From assembly GCA_965208125.1 (NCBI GenBank), contig OZ242320.1, forward strand, positions 4,736,001-4,800,000: a DNA stretch of 64,000 nt, read 5' to 3'. Made by a program: the position numbers and the translations under genes. This DNA is from Candidatus Latescibacterota bacterium. GTDB lineage: Bacteria; Latescibacterota; UBA2968. Of the stretch, positions 60,527-64,000 are shown piece after piece (the first letter of the stretch is position 1; every line of letters begins with the position of its first letter). Below the pieces are notes generated by a model. That model saw only the letters and a program-made list of their open reading frames with translations, did no database searches and was not told the origin of the DNA.

Positions 60527-60969
60527 ATGCGGAACCTGATACTGTCATTGTTATCAACCATTGCACTTCTGATATATCCGCTGTCTCTTTCGGCGCAGAA
60601 CAGTTTTTCTCTTTCGCTGGATGTGGATGGCGCAACGGGCGATCAGGCCGTCACATCTTTGAATACTGATCCAGATCAAGTTGTCGTCAGATCTTCGGTG
60701 GAGACATTCAGAATGCGAATGGTCTTTCTGTGCGTTTTGAATACGATGCGGGTCAAGTGACTTATGACGGCTTTGATACAGGCAATGTCTTGTCCAATGC
60801 CCAGGCGCTCTCACAACAGGGTACAGGTTTTGTTGAAATCGGCATTGGGTCTTTGGGTGGGCAGGCGACGGCTAACAATGGTCTGATCGGCACAATACGC
60901 TTTCGCACAAAAGGAAGTGGTGGGGGTAGTTCGGCAAGTGCAACCTTGAGAGATGAAAAAACGGTCTGA
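60527..60969 (+). pseudogene. Frameshifted copy (J) of cohesin-like gene D
   Basis: Matches 47932-48378 but lacks 4 bp (CCAT) at ~60686. Confidence 0.85.
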
Positions 60970-61176
60970 AGCGGTGTACAACGGGTCGATTTTCAGACCC
61001 GTTCATCAGGAGGAATGGGATGAAAGGATGGACAGGATGAAAGGCGATGCGCGGTGGAGGGCTTTCTCGGTTGGCAAGCCTGTCAGCCCTCCGCCGCTTT
61101 GACAACAGAGACAGGTCATCACCTGCTCTTTTCTCAATCTAAAACGCCTAAACCGCAGAATCAAGTTGCTTTTTTT
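60911..61176 (+). repeat. Structured intergenic element, copy 5
   Basis: Near-identical to copy 3. Confidence 0.9.
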
Positions 61177-61406
61177 CAGGCGGTGGGATGTTGTTTTCTC
61201 TATCAGGGGTAGGGGATGAAACCAGCACCCACCGCGCCAATGTCTTCGGAATCAAGGAAAGGAGGTATGCGAAGCCCATCTCTCTGTGTTTGGAACGATA
61301 GACTTCGGCGAGAATGTCAAGACTACTGACTTTGGCCTTGCCGGGGGGATCGGTGCCGAGATACCGATCTCCGATCTGCACATTTTTCAATAAAGGAGAA
61401 TTTCAA

Positions 61407-63161
61407 ATGTCATCCTTCTACCGTCTTTTAGCTGCGATAGCACTTTGCTCTATCCTCACCACACCAAATGCTTACTGTGCTGAAGAGATGCCGGTCCTTT
61501 TCCTGGATGGTCGATCTCATGTTGAATTGCCGAGAAATCTTTTTGACCGAACAACACAGGCGACGATTGAGGTTTGGGTAAAATGGAATCGTTTCAACCA
61601 GTGGTCTCGGGTCTTTGATTTTGGTCATGAAGGTAATGCAGTCGTTCTACAGAATGAGAAATCCTCCAACACGCTCAATTATAGAATTTGGGATAGATCT
61701 GGCAAGCGGCATGGCACCCAGGCCAAAAAGGCTGTCAATACGGGTGCCTGGTATCATATGGCTGTTGTAAGCGGATTTGATGGAATGAAATTTTACATCA
61801 ATGGTCAGCTTGTAGATCGAGACGATTTCAGGGGGTCTCTGAGTGAAGCGGCTGGGGGAACCAATTTTATTGGAAAATCAAACTGGCCCAAGGACAAACT
61901 GTTCGAGGGCTACATTTCAGAACTGCGAATCTGGTCAAAAGTGCGGTCACAATCAGAAATCCGTTCTGCAATGGAGACAGCCCTTGCAGGAACCGAAGAT
62001 GGCCTGCTCGCTTATTACAGATTTACGGAAGCGGCTGATGGCCTCATTCCAAATGTTGTAGATCCAGGTTTCCCAGCGCGGATGGTGGGGACCGCAAGAC
62101 TCGAAAACGTTCGAGCCATCGCCCCTTTGCTGGTACCTGATGCACTTGAAAAAGCGGCTGTCGCCAGTTATGAAAAAGCGAAAGCCGCCCTTGATGCCAA
62201 ACAGTTTGCCACAGCGATTGATGAATTTGAGCGGCTCAACGGCCTTTACCCACAATATATGGACTCTGATAACTTACTTGCCCAGGCGCGTCAACTTGAG
62301 GCAGAACGACAAGCCGAAAATTTCTACCAGACAGGCATGCAACATATTCAACAAGGCAAATTTCGGGAGGCATATTTCGAATTTGAGTCTGCATTAAGCC
62401 AGGTCCCTGCATTTAAGGATGCACAAATGCACATGAAAAACGCGCTTGAAAAGGCCACCTATCGCGTTGCGATTTACCCTTTCAAGACAGCGACTATGAG
62501 TGCCAATATCATGCTTTTGCAACAGGCATTGACAACCAATTTGATGCAAGACAAGTCGGTATTTGTCGAATATGTAGATCAGCAGGTTCTCAATCAGCTT
62601 TCTACACGTCAGGGGACTCATTTTGGCGTGATTGACCCCATGCAAACTTTATCTGCTGCAAAAAATGAAAATATTCGCGTTGTGGTGTTTGGTGATTTGT
62701 TGGCTGCCACAGCTATCCCATCGAATCCTTATATGCGACCTGAAACAGCCTATACAGCACTGACTGTCGGCAGGAAGGTTGTCGGAAAAGGGCCACAGCA
62801 AACGTACTATATCATATCACAAAACGTGCAGGTTCATTGTGAAGCGGTTTACAGAATTCTGGATACACAGACAGGCGCTGTTCTCCACTTTGGCACCGTG
62901 CGTGAAAATTTGAGCGATCAGGTAGAATACGCAGAGTATCATGGAAATAAAAATGCACTTGTGAGTAATGTATATAGGGATGAGAATGCAAAGACGACAA
63001 GATGGATAGTTATACCGCTCCGTGAGTCAAGATTCAATGCTCGAAGAGATCTCAGAAATCCTGGAGAAATGATGAATGAAGCCCTGAGGGGATTGGGAGA
63101 GAAAATCGCTCGAGAAATCAATGGTTTCCTGTCATCACACCTGGCCACGAGTTCACAATAA
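61407..63161 (+). CDS. Secreted protein K: LamG-like jellyroll + TPR-like helices + C-terminal domain
   Basis: TIEVWVKW, WYHMAVV, FYINGQL, FEGYISELRIWS, LLAYYRF; helical repeats (YQTGMQHIQQGKFREAY). Confidence 0.85.
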   Translation: MSSFYRLLAAIALCSILTTPNAYCAEEMPVLFLDGRSHVELPRNLFDRTTQATIEVWVKWNRFNQWSRVFDFGHEGNAVVLQNEKSSNTLNYRIWDRSGKRHGTQAKKAVNTGAWYHMAVVSGFDGMKFYINGQLVDRDDFRGSLSEAAGGTNFIGKSNWPKDKLFEGYISELRIWSKVRSQSEIRSAMETALAGTEDGLLAYYRFTEAADGLIPNVVDPGFPARMVGTARLENVRAIAPLLVPDALEKAAVASYEKAKAALDAKQFATAIDEFERLNGLYPQYMDSDNLLAQARQLEAERQAENFYQTGMQHIQQGKFREAYFEFESALSQVPAFKDAQMHMKNALEKATYRVAIYPFKTATMSANIMLLQQALTTNLMQDKSVFVEYVDQQVLNQLSTRQGTHFGVIDPMQTLSAAKNENIRVVVFGDLLAATAIPSNPYMRPETAYTALTVGRKVVGKGPQQTYYIISQNVQVHCEAVYRILDTQTGAVLHFGTVRENLSDQVEYAEYHGNKNALVSNVYRDENAKTTRWIVIPLRESRFNARRDLRNPGEMMNEALRGLGEKIAREINGFLSSHLATSSQ

Positions 63162-63183
63162 ATGCCAACAAGGAGAAATTTCC

Positions 63184-63831
63184 ATGAAAAAGCTGATGCC
63201 TCTATTGATGTTTGTTGTCCTCATTCAGCTTGGCTGTGCCTCTGTCAAGCGTCTTCATGACAAGTTGACCCTTACCTACCACCCTGAGTTGATGCGGGAG
63301 CAGGAGCACTTTGGTATCCTGGAGATGGGTTTTCCCAAGGCGTGTATGCCCGTACCCGATAGCCTGCGACAGGAGATGGCGTCCCGGGCCGAACAATTCA
63401 ATCTGCTCGGGTTTCAATACGATATCAAGCACATGTGCAGTTTTGAGGATGGACACGCCCTGGTCCTCAAGCATATTGTCAATCAATGGCCGCGTACAAA
63501 TTTTGCCTACTTGGACGGGTACACGCCTTGGGAATCAGACCCTGGGCAAATCAAAGACCCACAAATCAAGCAGTTGAAGGCTTTTGGGAGTGAACGTACG
63601 ACAAAGGGTACTCGGCAGGCGTATAGTTCGTCCAAACAGATGCATGTGCGGGTATATACGTTTATGCGTTCGGGCTTTATGGTTCAGCAAGCCTTTGCCC
63701 AGTCCGTTGTCCCCATAGAATTCTCGGTGTATCAGTTGGACTTAATCACCGAGAACGTAGAGTTGACAGATATGATGGGTAAGACGTTTGAGTCCGTGGT
63801 CGCTTCAATGAGGAGATCAACTGCGCGTTGA
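63184..63831 (+). CDS. Hypothetical lipoprotein
   Basis: RBS AAGGAG; MKKLMPLLMFVVLIQLG-C lipobox. Confidence 0.7.
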   Translation: MKKLMPLLMFVVLIQLGCASVKRLHDKLTLTYHPELMREQEHFGILEMGFPKACMPVPDSLRQEMASRAEQFNLLGFQYDIKHMCSFEDGHALVLKHIVNQWPRTNFAYLDGYTPWESDPGQIKDPQIKQLKAFGSERTTKGTRQAYSSSKQMHVRVYTFMRSGFMVQQAFAQSVVPIEFSVYQLDLITENVELTDMMGKTFESVVASMRRSTAR

Positions 63832-63896
63832 GTGTCTTTATCAAGTCAACAGTCTTAAAACGGCTTCTTAACAGGCATGTAAACAAGGAGTTTGCT

Positions 63897-64000
63897 ATGA
63901 TGAAATGGATAAAGATGTTCACACTGATCGTTGGTGTTGTCATGATGGGTTTTTTAGCATGCGGTAATGATAATCCAGCGTCTTCTGAAACAATTACCCT
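63897..64000 (+). CDS. Lipoprotein, 3'-truncated by window edge
   Basis: RBS AAGGAG; MMKWIKMFTLIVGVVMMGFLA-CGND. Confidence 0.65.
   Translation, partial: MMKWIKMFTLIVGVVMMGFLACGNDNPASSETIT

Noticed and set aside
42039-61390. Recurring short ORFs over the intergenic element and K/E upstream region (e.g. 42191-42430, 48281-48574, 48549-48800, 60872-61105)
   Set aside because: Their lengths and frames differ between copies and they lack RBS or motifs; they are by-products of repeated DNA.
1-64000. rRNA or tRNA genes
   Set aside because: No intergenic segment showed a recognisable cloverleaf or rRNA signature by eye.

Overview
Bacterial DNA of roughly 50-55% GC (by eye). The gene content (many Gfo/Idh/MocA oxidoreductases, enolase-superfamily enzymes, PhyH, a DUF6785-type membrane protein, a heparinase-like protein, secreted FlgD-Ig/dockerin proteins with eukaryote-like repeats) resembles sponge-associated Latescibacteria/Poribacteria-type symbionts; this taxonomy is inference only. 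1-38 kb is mostly catabolic, transport and haem-biosynthesis genes. It also holds an orphan M.NlaIII/M.HpyI-like adenine methylase, an internally deleted IS3 element, an AAA/PD-(D/E)XK gene and a candidate Leu/Ile/Val leader-peptide attenuator ahead of an uncharacterised membrane transporter. 38-64 kb is a near co-oriented array of secreted proteins built combinatorially from a small pool of near-identical DNA modules: a signal/FlgD-Ig/dockerin head, a 102-aa Cys-containing tandem domain, NHL-like repeats always in blocks of 5 or 10, CARDB, PPC, LRR, YWTD, S8, vWA, cohesin-like and LamG. The NHL and LRR units have almost invariant DNA frameworks with short hypervariable windows. Five copies of a ~180-270 bp multi-hairpin intergenic element and a recurrent breakpoint motif lie in the array, and a C20 homopolymer sits at its head. 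This looks like a recombination-driven diversifying array of surface binders. No recombinase or reverse transcriptase is encoded in the window, so the mechanism is unproven, and repeat misassembly has to be excluded.
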